A DNA stretch of 64,000 bases, from NCBI RefSeq assembly GCF_964355755.1, contig NC_092676.1:29902871-29966870 (forward strand), in the 5' to 3' direction. A program made the position numbers and the translations under genes. The stretch comes from Antedon mediterranea. Lineage: Eukaryota > Animalia > Echinodermata. Of this stretch, positions 1 to 20,613 are shown in pieces; the stretch's first letter is position 1; every line of letters starts with the position of its first letter. The notes under the pieces were generated by a model. It saw nothing but the letters and a program-made list of their open reading frames with translations. It was not told the origin of the DNA and searched no databases.

Positions 1-1682
<1,682 letters not shown>

Positions 1683-1890
1683 TTTTTTTTAATAGAGAGA
1701 AAATAAATAATTGTAATGGATCATTTGTTTAATTAACTTACACATTTTTCGAAGTAGGCCTACAATAACAATATAATTAACACCCGTGAAAGATATGAGA
1801 GGCGTAGTAACACCACCGGCGAATTGATTTCATAGGCCTTTTGTATTGGACTGGACTAATAATTAATAATATTTAATATCAATTGTTTAA

Positions 1891-2483
1891 AGCTAAGGTA
1901 CAGGCATGAATTTTAAATATAATATTTGGTTAATTGTACATAAATCAAATATTTGTAACAGAAATCAAGATGAAAAAACATAAATTTCCCGTAATATGGT
2001 CAAATACAAAATTTGGCAAAATTCTTCCATAAAAACCATGATAATTTTTTTTCAGTAGTTAGTTAGTTAACCTAATGTAATAACATGTCTGGTGACTCCC
2101 TAGACGGTGAAAAAAGATGGTGGATATACAGTGGATATTTTTGCTATAGCATGAAAATAAAAATCTGAAGTTGAATAAAAATATCAGAAATGTAATATTT
2201 AAGTTATATTACCTATATTTAGTCATCTGATAACATTTTTTACCATACCGTTTATTTTTCATAGCTTTTTAAAACGCCTCTCTATTTACAAAATTTGTGT
2301 ACAAAAGAATAGAGATTTTACTGTGTAATTTGAACTATCCCCCCACTGATTAGAAAGTGCTTATTTTCAACAAGCTTGTGTAACCCAAATAAACTCCCAA
2401 AAATTATGAAACATAGGGGAAACTATAGATCGATAATTATTGGAATGTATGATCAATAGAAATTTTTTGCCCGCACCTGGCCT
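1891..2483. mobile_element. Non-autonomous DNA transposon (Kolobok-like MITE), degenerate
   Basis: TTAA on both sides; imperfect TIRs agctaaggtacaggca / tgcccgcacctggcct. Confidence 0.5.
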
Positions 2484-2600
2484 TTAATCTACTACATGAT
2501 TTAGTTTTTCTTATTCAATCCACGATAGGCGGTCTATTTGTAGAGGTATTTTATACTAATTATGTTTTATTATTTTTGATTACACTAACGTTATGTTTAA

Positions 2601-3155
2601 AGATGTATTGTCCCTTTGACTAATTCCAAAAAAATAAAAAATAATAGATTTCGAAAAAAGGTGGGTCATTTTGAAGTATCATAATAGTTATTAGGCCTAA
2701 CTATCACCAAAACATTTTCGGGAAAAAAAAAATTTAACTGAAATACAGACGTTTTTTTGTTTAAAAAATAACTTTGACTTCCAGTCAAAGTTTTCAATCA
2801 AAACATATCCCATAATGAAACGCGCTTGTTTGGCTACTCTGTATGCATAATCATAAAACTTCCTCTCATGATCTGTGTAAAAATACCTTCTTAACCGTGA
2901 CGAGTTGTAAACAATCCTAATTTAGCATATGCATAATGCGTACTCATGGTTTGAAATCTTTGTTTACTTTCGCTCGTAACGATTTTCCAGATGAAATGTA
3001 ATCAAACTAATTTACCTGTTAATTACGTAAACTTGTTGTTTTTGGCTCAAATTTTCGACTTAAAGTGAATAACTTTAATATTACTTTGATATGGCCACTT
3101 TAAATTTAGAATATTTTGACCTTCATTTTTTTGTGTTTCAAGGGACAATACATCT
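2601..3155. mobile_element. Kolobok-like MITE
   Basis: Perfect 16 bp TIR AGATGTATTGTCCCTT / AAGGGACAATACATCT, flanked by TTAA (2597-2600, 3156-3159); related ends near 25532, 43496-43808 and 55542. Confidence 0.8.
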
Positions 3156-3385
3156 TTAATTTTGATATGAAAATGCAAAATAAAACTCAATAATAAATTT
3201 GTGAATGCGTTTATTTATTGCGCTTGAAACGAGAAACGATTTTTACCTGACGCGTTTTTAGCCGTGATGACGTTCACTGTTGATTACTTCATATAGAAAC
3301 GTACACGTGTTGGACGTACCTGGGAAAACCTTCTGCAGAAAAGGTGGCTGGACAATCAAAACATATCAATTAATTTACAACTAAA

Positions 3386-5650
3386 ATGTCAATCTCTACG
3401 CCATTGTCACTTTTAGGAAAGGTTGCGATTATAACAGGTATGGTATCAAATATTAATTATACTAAATAGGCTATGAATATTAGTAGATGAGTAATTTAAA
3501 GCCTAGGCTAGGCCTTGCCCTTGTCAGCTAGAGACTAGAGAGGCTAGGCTAGCTCTCTCGTCTAGGTAGGTCCAGGCCTATATATATATATATATATATA
3601 TATAAGCCTAGCAAGTAGATAAGTCACTTATTTAGGCGATGTGGATCAGCTTGGATGGGCTGTAGGCCTAGCCTTGTAGGAGTAGGCATACTGTGTAACT
3701 AGTCTAGCAGGTTAGTTAACCCTGTTAATAAATTCATTTATTACAGGTGCAAGCTCAGGAATTGGCGCAGCGACAAGTGTTCTGTTCGCGAAGCTTGGCG
3801 CCAAGTTAGTTTTAAGTGGCCGACCAGAAGATAACTTTGAAGAAACTGATAAAAATTGCAAACAACATGGCGCTGAGGTATTGTAAAAGGGAATCCAATC
3901 TTTTTCAATTTTTGGTAATAGCTCCATTAAATAAATTCATGCTGGCAGCAGAGGGTTGTAAAATATTATTATTTTATAACTCCCTGCTGCAGGTTCAAAG
4001 TCATAAAATATATTTGAAATATGTCAATTACATGTTACACTTACAGCCTTTGATTGTACCTGGTGACGTAACTAAAGAAGCTGATAACGTGGCATTGATA
4101 GAGAAGGCAGTTGAACACTTTGGAAAACTTGACATATTGGTATGTAAAAACTCTTGTAACCAATGCCATGTTCATTACCTCATCTTCAACATTTTTTTAA
4201 ATATCAAGTTTATCATTTGTATTGCAGATAAACAACGCTGGAATATTGTTATTGGGAACTATAGAAACGACTAGCTTACAAGATTTTGATCATGTAATGA
4301 ATACAAATGCCAGGTAAGGCAGGAGAAAATGTTGAAGGGAGATGTGTTTTGCTTGAATAATATGGTAAGAGTGAGAAAGAAGGGAGGAGGGCCTGGTTGT
4401 TAAGTTGCTTGTACATCTCTGACTACACTATCAAACTAGTTTGACAAAAAGTGTGATGTGCTTAAATATGGTAGTGATACGACATTATCAATATCACTGC
4501 TTTAGGCAGTATAAGTAGCATGGAGGATTACTCTGCTAAGCGCTGTCTAGACTATCAAACTATATTGACAAAAAAATGTGCCCATATATGGACATGATGA
4601 TGTTATATCACTACCATATTTGGGCACATCACACTTTTTTGTCAAACTAGTTTGATAGTGTAGACAGAGCTTAAGAAGGCATTTTTTCAGTTTATTGCGA
4701 GAATGGCACAGGATCCATGACAATAAATTATTATATTACTGATAAATGTTGATAAATTTAAATTTGTTGTATTCCAGATCTGTATTTCATTTGACATCAC
4801 TTGCAGTACCTCACCTAATTAAAACCAAAGGAAACATTGTGAATGTGTCCAGTGTCAACAGTATAAGATCGGTAAGGTCAAATGAACATTAATGTAATTT
4901 ATAAATGTTTAATCTGTCCAAAAAAAAACTTCAGATAAATACATAATTGTTTTTTTGATAGTTTCCAGGTGTGCTTGCTTACGGGTCATCCAAGAGTGTT
5001 ATAGACCAGGTGACACGTTGTGTAGCTCTTGGTAAAAATACCTTTTAAATTATTTTTGTAATTATTATTATTCATATAAGTAATCTTCAATTATTATTTG
5101 GTAATTTCAATTTTTTTTTTCAGAAATGGCATCAAATAAGATACGAGTGAATTCTGTCAAGTAAGTATTTAATTGTATTTAAATTTTTTTTTTTTTGGTT
5201 CAGTATAGTATTTAACATCAGGGAAAAGTTAAAACTTGGCTGTTTATTGTTTGATTTTATTTGTGTTATTTTTTCTCTTGTTTCAGCCCTGGAGTGATTA
5301 TAACAAATATTCAAAGAACTGCTGGATTTACTGAAGAACAATATGCTGCTGTGAGTATAAAAATACTTCTTTTTTCTCAACATCATTAATTCAAGTCAAT
5401 ATACTACTGTATTACAACAACTACAGTGTTATTGTGCACTATATCTAATAGTACATAACAAATACACTAACATTTTAAATTCTTTCCATAGTACCTTGAA
5501 AAAAGTAAAACAACTCATGCACTGGGTCGAGCTGGTGAAGCAGACGAAGTGGCTAACGCTATTGCATTCTTAGCGTCGGATGCAGCGTCGTTTATTACTG
5601 GTGTCAATCTTCCTGTAGATGGTGGTAGACATGTTATGTGCCCACGATAA
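3386..5650 (+). CDS. Short-chain dehydrogenase/reductase (FabG-like), paralog 2, 9 exons
   Basis: [17 protein letters not shown]|GASSGIG (TGxxxGxG), GDVT, INNAG, VNVSS, YGSSK (YxxxK), VDGG; exons ~3386-3437, 3747-3877, 4048-4139, 4228-4312, 4779-4871, 4962-5031, 5125-5160, 5287-5350, 5492-5650, all GT-AG. Confidence 0.92.
3579..3604. repeat. (TA)n microsatellite
   Basis: tatatatatatatatatatatatata. Confidence 0.9.
4417..4672. mobile_element. Small Harbinger-like hairpin MITE family (two partial copies here; others at ~14255, 15082-15155, 31008-31072, 44695-44795, end at ~46140)
   Basis: Ends (ct)ctgtctacactatcaaac ... gtttgatagtgtagacagagc with internal gatgtgcccatatatggacatg, usually next to TAA/TTA. 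Confidence 0.7.
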
Positions 5651-6144
5651 AAAGAACAAAAATATATATTTTAGTTATCCACAGGGTATATTTGTAAAGA
5701 TCAATAATATTATATACAGATACTAGTGTGTGTATATTTAAACGAAAAACTTTCTCATAATAATAATATTTATTATTAATAATATAATTCTGTGGCCAAA
5801 ATTATAACATTTGTGATCTGGAAATGAAGTATAAAAAAGTTATTTGCATGCCATCAATAAAAAATTTGTATAAAATACAAAATTGAATATTTTCTTTCTT
5901 TATAATAATTGGTGATGTGGTACTTGTTGGAAACGTGTGGTACATTTGAAACTACTGTATAAGAACAATTTTAGTTGACGCATTTTTCTTAGTTTGAAAC
6001 GAGAAACAAATTTAGTTGACGCATAGTATGATCTTTCGCTCGATCGCCTGCCGTTCTTTTTTAAAGAAGGACGGACGCACACACCTGGATTTCAGCCAAA
6101 ATAAAACTTGAAATTCACATAAATTTTTAATAACAGTTTGTAAG

Positions 6145-13287
<7,143 letters not shown>

Positions 13288-13556
13288 AAATGAACACTTA
13301 GTAAAATATATTGAAGTTTTTAAAATCATGCTACAGATGGATTCATTATAAATGATGGTATTTATAAAATTAGACATGATGTGCCCATATACAGTATATA
13401 TAAAATTAGACATGATCTGCACATTTAAATGGAATGCTTTATTCTGGTATTTGATCAGTAATGTAATTTATCAATTAACAACAACATAAACAATTATTCA
13501 AAAATATATTCTTTGCAATCCTTTACAGTTACTTTACTTAGTTGATTAGCACTAAG

Positions 13557-16500
13557 TTATGAGTTTGTGGGGAATGCTAAGCTATGAATGTGCTCTAAAT
13601 TGGTCAGTTGTGAAAACACAACCTCTTTAGTTTCGATCTTGACCGATACGATGACCTGCGCTACCGAGTCTGCGACCTTCAGGACATAATAGAGGACGCC
13701 ATTCACTTGATCCATGTTGATTACATTGCCGCCGTAATAGTGAGAAAAAATTCCTAAAAAGAAAGTAATAAAAAGAGATTCAATCTTGGTTGCCAAGCAA
13801 CTGTGTTTCCTCGGTGTTAAATTATCTTTACAATACAATTTCGCAATTTTTGACGTTGAAAACCATCATCTTAATAATCATCTTACCTGCAGGAGCGATA
13901 TCCATTAATTTAGTTATTTTCCCAGTTTCTGAATTTATTTCAACTAGACTCCATGCAGACAAATCTTCACTAAATAAGCCTGGTGAAAAGGCTAGCAACT
14001 GGCCTATAAAAACAAAATAAGAACGTCAATGATTCCTTGTGCCAAGTTTGTTGCATGCATCTTGTATAGAGAGAATATAAAACATATCTTGTAATGCAAC
14101 AAGGGACTAATGAAAATTAATAATATTTACCCGTTTTCTCATAAACTTGAAATCCAGTTAAAGTAAATTGGCTGACATCAAGGTCAACTATTCTATCCAG
14201 GTGCCTGTTAAATAACAAAAAAACATGATGCTTTACTTATTTCTTTAAAGCGTGGCATACACTATCAAACTTTATGTGACAACAAAATGTGATGTGCCTG
14301 CCCATATATGGACATGTAGATGTCATAACACTACCTAGTTTGATAATGCTTAAGTCTAATATCACAAGATACAGTACTTATGGACATGTAGATGTCTTAA
14401 CACTACCTAGTTTGATAATGCTTAAGTCTAATATCACAAGATACAGTACTTATGGACATGTAGATGTCATAACACTACCTAGTTTGATATGCTTAAGTCT
14501 AATATCACAAGATACAGTACTTATGGACATGTAGATGTCATAACACTACCTAGTTTGATAATGCTTAAGTCTAATATCACAAGATACAGTACTTATTTCT
14601 CAAGTTTCTTTTTGAGTTAGCAATACACAATATATCTCAAACGTCATGAAAGTTACTTATTTTACAAAGAGTCTATCGTATTAAATCAATGTACACATTT
14701 ACTATTGGTAAAGCATGTGCTTAAAACATTTGTGGTGTAAGTCCTTACTTACAGGGTAGTGAAATTGTAGCAGTAAATCTTGGAAGGCATTTTCACTGGT
14801 TCGTTCTCATGTAGCATTAGTACATAGTACATCTGGTGTGTTAAGTCCGATACTGCCCATTGTAAGTTTAAGTACTCATTCTCAGGTGCTGACTGGTAAT
14901 CACTGTATACATTACCCATATACGAAATACGTCCAAAGTTTAATGTAAAGTTACCTAAGGAAGAATGTTTTTGTTTATTTCTTGCTTTAATGGAAACAAT
15001 AATGCATCTAGTTCTGTATTGTTTAAAATCATGGAATAGTAAAGTAATTTCACGCATCAAATTACTTTTATTTTCTTAAGCATTGTCTACACTATCAAAC
15101 TTGATGTGCCCATATTTGGGCACATCACACAAGTTTGATAGTATAGATAGAGCTTTAAAATGTATCTAGAAGGCTTGTTTTTTTAAATTGTTTGTCTGTC
15201 AACTCTCCCATCACCGGACATTCTTGTGCTGGTTTTCCAGAAATATGTTTTTAGAGAGAAAGTTTGGGATCATTTGTTCCCCTAGAAAATTCTGGTTTTA
15301 GGAGAGTTTCCTGTTTTTACAGAGTCTAGTGAGAAAGAAATCATAAAAAAGACAACTCTCCCATCACCAGGCACTCTTGGTTTTCCAGAAATATTTTTTT
15401 TTTAGAGAAAGTTTGGTTTCATTTGGTCCTCTAGAAAACTTATTAGAAGAATTTCCTGTTTTCACAGAGTCTAGTATTGAAAAAGTTTTATAAACAACAT
15501 GAATTTATAAATGGGTTGCCTCTATTCACTTACCAGGGGATGTATCCACTTCTACTTGCTGTAATGTAAGAAAGTCTGTTCTCTTGTATGGTGTCAATGC
15601 AACAAACGCTTGTGGCTTTGATGTCTGCAGCTCGTACTCCCCAGCAATTACCTTAGCATACAAGTCGATCCATAAGATCTTGTTGGCACGATCTTCTAGA
15701 CCCCCATTTCGATGCTCAAGAAAGAAGGCATATGGAATCTCTGGTGAATATGCCACGATGCCATCCATAAGATACTTGTAACTCTGAACCCTGGGAAGTT
15801 TTTAAATAAATATCTGACAACAGTAATACTTAAGCATTGCTTACTCTTTCAATTTAAGTACAGTTACTTACTTCGGTGAAGTTGTTGCATATTGAAGTCC
15901 CGATCCAAAACCAAAATAAAATGATTCTAGTTTCTCGGTCAATCCAGTCATCTGATCAACAGACGCCATTGCACTCCCTTTCTGTGAAAATTTCTGCCAT
16001 GAAAAACCATATAAAGGCTTGCTGAAATTCTGTCCTGATAGACGACGCTTTTCTCTGGACTTCAAATGCAGTTGATGAGCTTCTTTGAGAGGTTTTACGT
16101 TTCCTTCTTGTGGGAATTCTACGTTGCTTGGGTTAGCTTCAGTGGCTTTGGTTATCTTGATGTCAGAACACTGGTAGAAGGGATGTTCACCAGTTTTGTG
16201 ACTTATGTAACGGAGTCTAAGAACGCAGTGAGAGCAGTCTATGTTGGGAATCATCTAGAGAACAATTATACATTCATGTTTAAATGGTACACATTTTTGG
16301 TGTGATTGATGTATTTAATTTCTTACTAGTATTAAGAGCTGCACTTACAATTGAAATGGTGTACAAACAAGAAAATGTTACACATTCAAATACCCATCAT
16401 TCATTTAAATAGTACATTTCTTGGTATGTTGTACTTAATTGTTTTACTGGTATGTATTTAAGAACTGCACTTACAATTGGAATGGTGTAGTTGCGTTGGT

Positions 16501-17605
16501 GGTACTGGGCATACTCATTAACATCACCTATGATGGCTACTGTGTGGAAGTCATTCATGTCTGTTGCCATTGCATAAGATATATCCATGTATCCTGAAAA
16601 AAATGAAAAACAAATTATTGAAAAAATCTCATTTTTATTATTGATTTAAAAAATTTAATTCAGATATTTAAAAAATTCAAAATACCTGGAAATCCAGTCT
16701 CGTAATGATTTAAATTCTGTTGAAATTTAAAAAAGATTGTACTGCCTCCAACATAAGATACTTTGGGATCTGCTGCTGCTATTCCACCACATGGAGCCGT
16801 ATGTCGGGTGCATGTCTGGCTACCAGGCTAAATTTAATAACAAATACATTTTAATAATGATATTTAGTAAATTGTAAATAATATATTTATATTATAATTT
16901 ATACATACTTACACTGATGAAGGGCTAGTGTTGCCCAAAAGCTCTGCTAACTTTTCTTGCTGTTTTACTTTATCGTTTTGATTTAGCTTTTCGCTTTTTT
17001 TGTATCTCTATTGAGATCCAGCCTTTTGCCTTTGGATTTATATAATTTATACAGTAAATATAAATTTTATAAGCTACTATCAGATCAATCAAGTGATTTT
17101 TAGATTGGATGGATATGGAATTATGGTTAATATGAATAATAATTACACACACTTTGTTTTTGTTATATAATTTACAATGAACCGATTAATACAGTAAATC
17201 CGAAAATTAACATATAGGGCCTTAAAATTGTAAAATATTATGCAGATTTTATTTTTTATTTTATTCAGTTTACAACCAACAGCGATGAAACAACCGCCAC
17301 TAACAGGTTATAATAACAGAATTTAATTTTTTTTTAAAAAGGTTGAATAAAATGTATTATTATTATTTATACATGTTATAGAATTCATAAGCTAAGCTAA
17401 TCCTATCCTTGTAAAGGTTTATCATATGCATAATACAATACGTGAAAACTATAACGCGTGAAGTGTCTTGTGACGGCGGGGTACTTACCGTTGATATATC
17501 GAATGTACCTCTTTGCCGTGGGTAGATGATACAAACATGGCCTTTGATGATGCCGCTATGCTGTACAACAGCAAACAACACCAATATCAAACTTAACTGT
17601 TTCAT
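13557..17605 (-). CDS. Secreted protein: N-terminal LPMO-like (His-brace) copper-binding domain plus uncharacterised C-terminal region, ~9 exons
   Basis: Exons 17605-17489, 16827-16686, 16593-16475, 16254-15872, then ~15790-15533, 14954-14752, 14205-14131, 14004-13888, 13753-13557; first four splice in frame to MKQLSLILVLFAVVQHSGIIKG/HVCIIYPRQRG..PCGG..FQQNLNHY..GYMDIS..PNIDCSHCVLRLRY..FYQCSDIKI. Confidence 0.8.
14307..14595. repeat. Intronic tandem repeat, ~72 bp x 4, built from a MITE end plus flank
   Basis: Unit tatggacatgtagatgtcataacactacctagtttgataatgcttaagtctaatatcacaagatacagtact. Confidence 0.9.
15199..15475. repeat. Diverged ~155 bp direct duplication in intron
   Basis: caactctcccatcacc.g.ca.tcttg..ggttttccagaaatat..agagaaagtttgg..tttcctgtttt.acagagtctagt occurs twice. 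Confidence 0.75.
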
Positions 17606-18550
17606 ATCTGTCAACACCCAGTCATATAATTGAAATGTAATATATTATATGTATTTTCTTGATGTATAAACTACAAAATCAAGTCCTGTTTTGCAGGATT
17701 CCTCACCTGTGCACGATTTGGTTATTGCACAAAAACAAACACCGTCACATGACAAGATCCAGGTACTGGTTAAAGAGGGCGTTGTTCATGTTTGTCGCCC
17801 CCTAAAGTGTTAGTACTTATGGCGCAGTCTATGCTGCTGCGCTTTCGTTGTACGTGTACACGCTTTCGTTGTACGTGTACACTGTAAAAAGCCTATTAAT
17901 TGAACACCATACGATAATTTAACAAATTAATTTACTTTATTGAACGAAAAATGTTTATACAGATTTTTTTAAATATTTTTCAAACTTGATTTGTGCGATT
18001 AGCTACAAAACATTAATTATCCATGACAATTTTTTTTTCAACAATTTTTTTTTCCTAAACAATACATTTTTTGTGCCAAAAAGTATAATCAAATACTGAA
18101 GAAGAAAGAAATAGTTTTTAACTTTAAATTTTGTAGCCTTATACTAGGCCTATAGATTTAATATGATTTCTGGCCGTCACGTTTTCATACTTAAGATTCA
18201 TATCGGTTTAGGAGGCCTAGGTGGTCTGGCAGGTCCATAAACTGGATTGCTTATTATGTAAATTTGTCTTCCTGCTGCATCTAAAAGAAAACATCGATAA
18301 CATTGTGTTTGGTTGGTCGGTCGGTCGGTAAACACTAACTTGAGCACGCGACTGCAGCCATGTATATGGCCTTGTTTTATTTTATTTTAAAAACCCAACC
18401 AACAGCCACCCAGAATTCGATATTATATGTACTTAACGTGCATATTAAGAATTCTCTTGGATCCCAACGTAGGGTAAAAAATCTGACTAAGTTATTTTAA
18501 TACTGTTTTTGTAAATGCATTCAAGTTTTTTTTAAAAGAAGCAATGTTGT

Positions 18551-20359
18551 TTACTCACCAGAAGAATACAGGTCAACTGGTCGGATCCTTCCATCTTTTC
18601 CATATTCGAATAGACAGTTTTTGTTTATTGCGTAACCTACACCTTTATGTCGATAATCTGGATCCGCCGATGTCAAACCAGTGGTTGGGGGATGGAACGC
18701 CTGAGGAGTAGTGCAGTGTGGGCTTAGTTTGGGACCAATGTGAGAATAATTGATTGGAGAACTTGTTGAACTCTGAGCTGTGGCCGAACTTGAAAGGACA
18801 GTTTTTCGTTTCTTTGTGCTTAGATCATGGGCAGCTGTTGTGCTTAGATCATGGGCACCTGTCGTGCTTAGATCAAGTGGTTCCTCGTCATTTGATGGTC
18901 GTTTTTGTCCGTGCTGCTGTGAGCTGCTGAAATTGTAATAATGCATTGGATATGGTGTTCTGGTCATTACGGGTATCGGTAGCGGTTGTGTAGTAGGCCT
19001 ACTTCCGGCGGGCATCATGGGAACATGAGAGGGATACGACGTGTGGGTGTAAATATTATGTCTGCTTACTGGAAGAGGCGTCTTCGGTTGTCTACAAAAC
19101 CTTTGTACAATGTGTTGGTTGGCAAAGATTGGAGGATACAGTGAAGATTGCGGATGAGGTACGTTTCCAACTACTTGGTTTTTCCGATTTGCCAAAGGTG
19201 TCGGCAGGGGAATTATGTCTGGTGTATTATAGTGGGAGTACGCAACTGGTTTGTAAATATCTTGTACAGCTTGTGACAGTGCGAAAGGAGATGGTAGATG
19301 GCTCACTGGACTACCATTGTTTCCAAACTCTTGGCTTAGGCCTACTGGAATTGGTATCTGCTGTATTGGCGAATCATCAACGCTTTGAGGAATTGTGTCG
19401 GATGACGTCACTCTGTGGTTGAACTGTACTTGGTAAGTATCTTGACTAACGTCTCCAGATTGTCTGTTTATACATTGGTTTACTGGAGTTGTCATTTCTG
19501 GGTTGACAGTTTTGCCGCCAACAGCACTGGACAAAGCGACAGGAAACGGTTTACAGGGAGAGTCCTCGACGATTTGGAGTGGACTCTCTGGGCTGGCCAC
19601 TCTTTGTGGTGAATGTTGTAATGGCGACTCTGCAGTGCGATCTTCTGTATCATTTTGGAAGGACGCGACTGTACATGGTGTCTGTCCTCTCCTTACGGAA
19701 TAATTACTATCACCACCATCACTCACTGCAAGATCTCTGTTATTGTATTCCAGTTTCTTTTGGAAAGCCATCAGCTGCTGAGGAAATGAACTATCAACAG
19801 TTTCAATAACTTCTCGTAAATATATCTGATAGCGTATACGTAATTCAATGGTGTTCTTCTCGGTATTGTCAAAATGTTTACCATCGAAATTCAGAACCCA
19901 AAAGTTATCCTTTCCATGTGGTTTATCTGGCCGACGTAGGATCTTTTTGAAACAATCATTGCAGCTCAAGTTATGCCGAACACTGTTCTTCCAACCGGTG
20001 TATTCACCTCGAAGAAAATAGAAAGCGTTCGACATAAAATCAATGATATCTTTAAAGGTCATCATGATTTTTGGGTTTAAGTCAATTGACAAAATTATCA
20101 TCTCGATGTATGAAAATGGAGAGTTGAAATATCGCATTGTGTCAGACTTTCGCTGTTTTTTGTTTAATGTTAACGGTATGGCCGGTGACATGTATGTATC
20201 GGTTGGGTCAGAGGTCATGTCATCCGGTTCTAGTTTGACATAGACGTTGTCCGAGCTGCTATTCTCACATTTTTCCAATTTAACAGATTGAAGAGGTTGA
20301 TCGCAGACAGTTGAATCCGGAGAGGTTACCGCGCTTAATTCTTTCCTTACGCCAGACAT
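18551..20359 (-). CDS. FOXH1: Forkhead box transcription factor, FoxH1-like, single coding exon, 602 aa
   Basis: Forkhead domain SPFSYIEMI..FYFLRGEYTGWKNSVRHNLSCNDCFKKILRRPDKPHGKDNFW closely follows the FoxH1 pattern (FPFF.GDY.GWKDSIRHNLSS.DCF.K..KDP.KPQAKGNFW); PLDLS motif; NLS-like KKRK; splice acceptor ~46 nt upstream of ATG. Confidence 0.8.
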   Translation of the reverse strand: MSGVRKELSAVTSPDSTVCDQPLQSVKLEKCENSSSDNVYVKLEPDDMTSDPTDTYMSPAIPLTLNKKQRKSDTMRYFNSPFSYIEMIILSIDLNPKIMMTFKDIIDFMSNAFYFLRGEYTGWKNSVRHNLSCNDCFKKILRRPDKPHGKDNFWVLNFDGKHFDNTEKNTIELRIRYQIYLREVIETVDSSFPQQLMAFQKKLEYNNRDLAVSDGGDSNYSVRRGQTPCTVASFQNDTEDRTAESPLQHSPQRVASPESPLQIVEDSPCKPFPVALSSAVGGKTVNPEMTTPVNQCINRQSGDVSQDTYQVQFNHRVTSSDTIPQSVDDSPIQQIPIPVGLSQEFGNNGSPVSHLPSPFALSQAVQDIYKPVAYSHYNTPDIIPLPTPLANRKNQVVGNVPHPQSSLYPPIFANQHIVQRFCRQPKTPLPVSRHNIYTHTSYPSHVPMMPAGSRPTTQPLPIPVMTRTPYPMHYYNFSSSQQHGQKRPSNDEEPLDLSTTGAHDLSTTAAHDLSTKKRKTVLSSSATAQSSTSSPINYSHIGPKLSPHCTTPQAFHPPTTGLTSADPDYRHKGVGYAINKNCLFEYGKDGRIRPVDLYSSGE

Positions 20360-20613
20360 GTTTGCTCCACCAATAGATAGTATTGCTTGCTTATTTTATT
20401 TTTATCTGAAAATGGTAAGACAGTTATAAGATCTTATGTTAAAAACAGGTAAGTTAAAAACCATCAGTAGTGCATCAACCGTAACCTCCCCAACCCCTAA
20501 TATCCACCAACACGGTGCCATATCAGTTTTATATTACGATATCAAACAAGTGGGGCTCAAAACTACTGTTTTTAACACGTGAACAACAAATTAAAAGAAG
20601 CGAGGACAATTGT

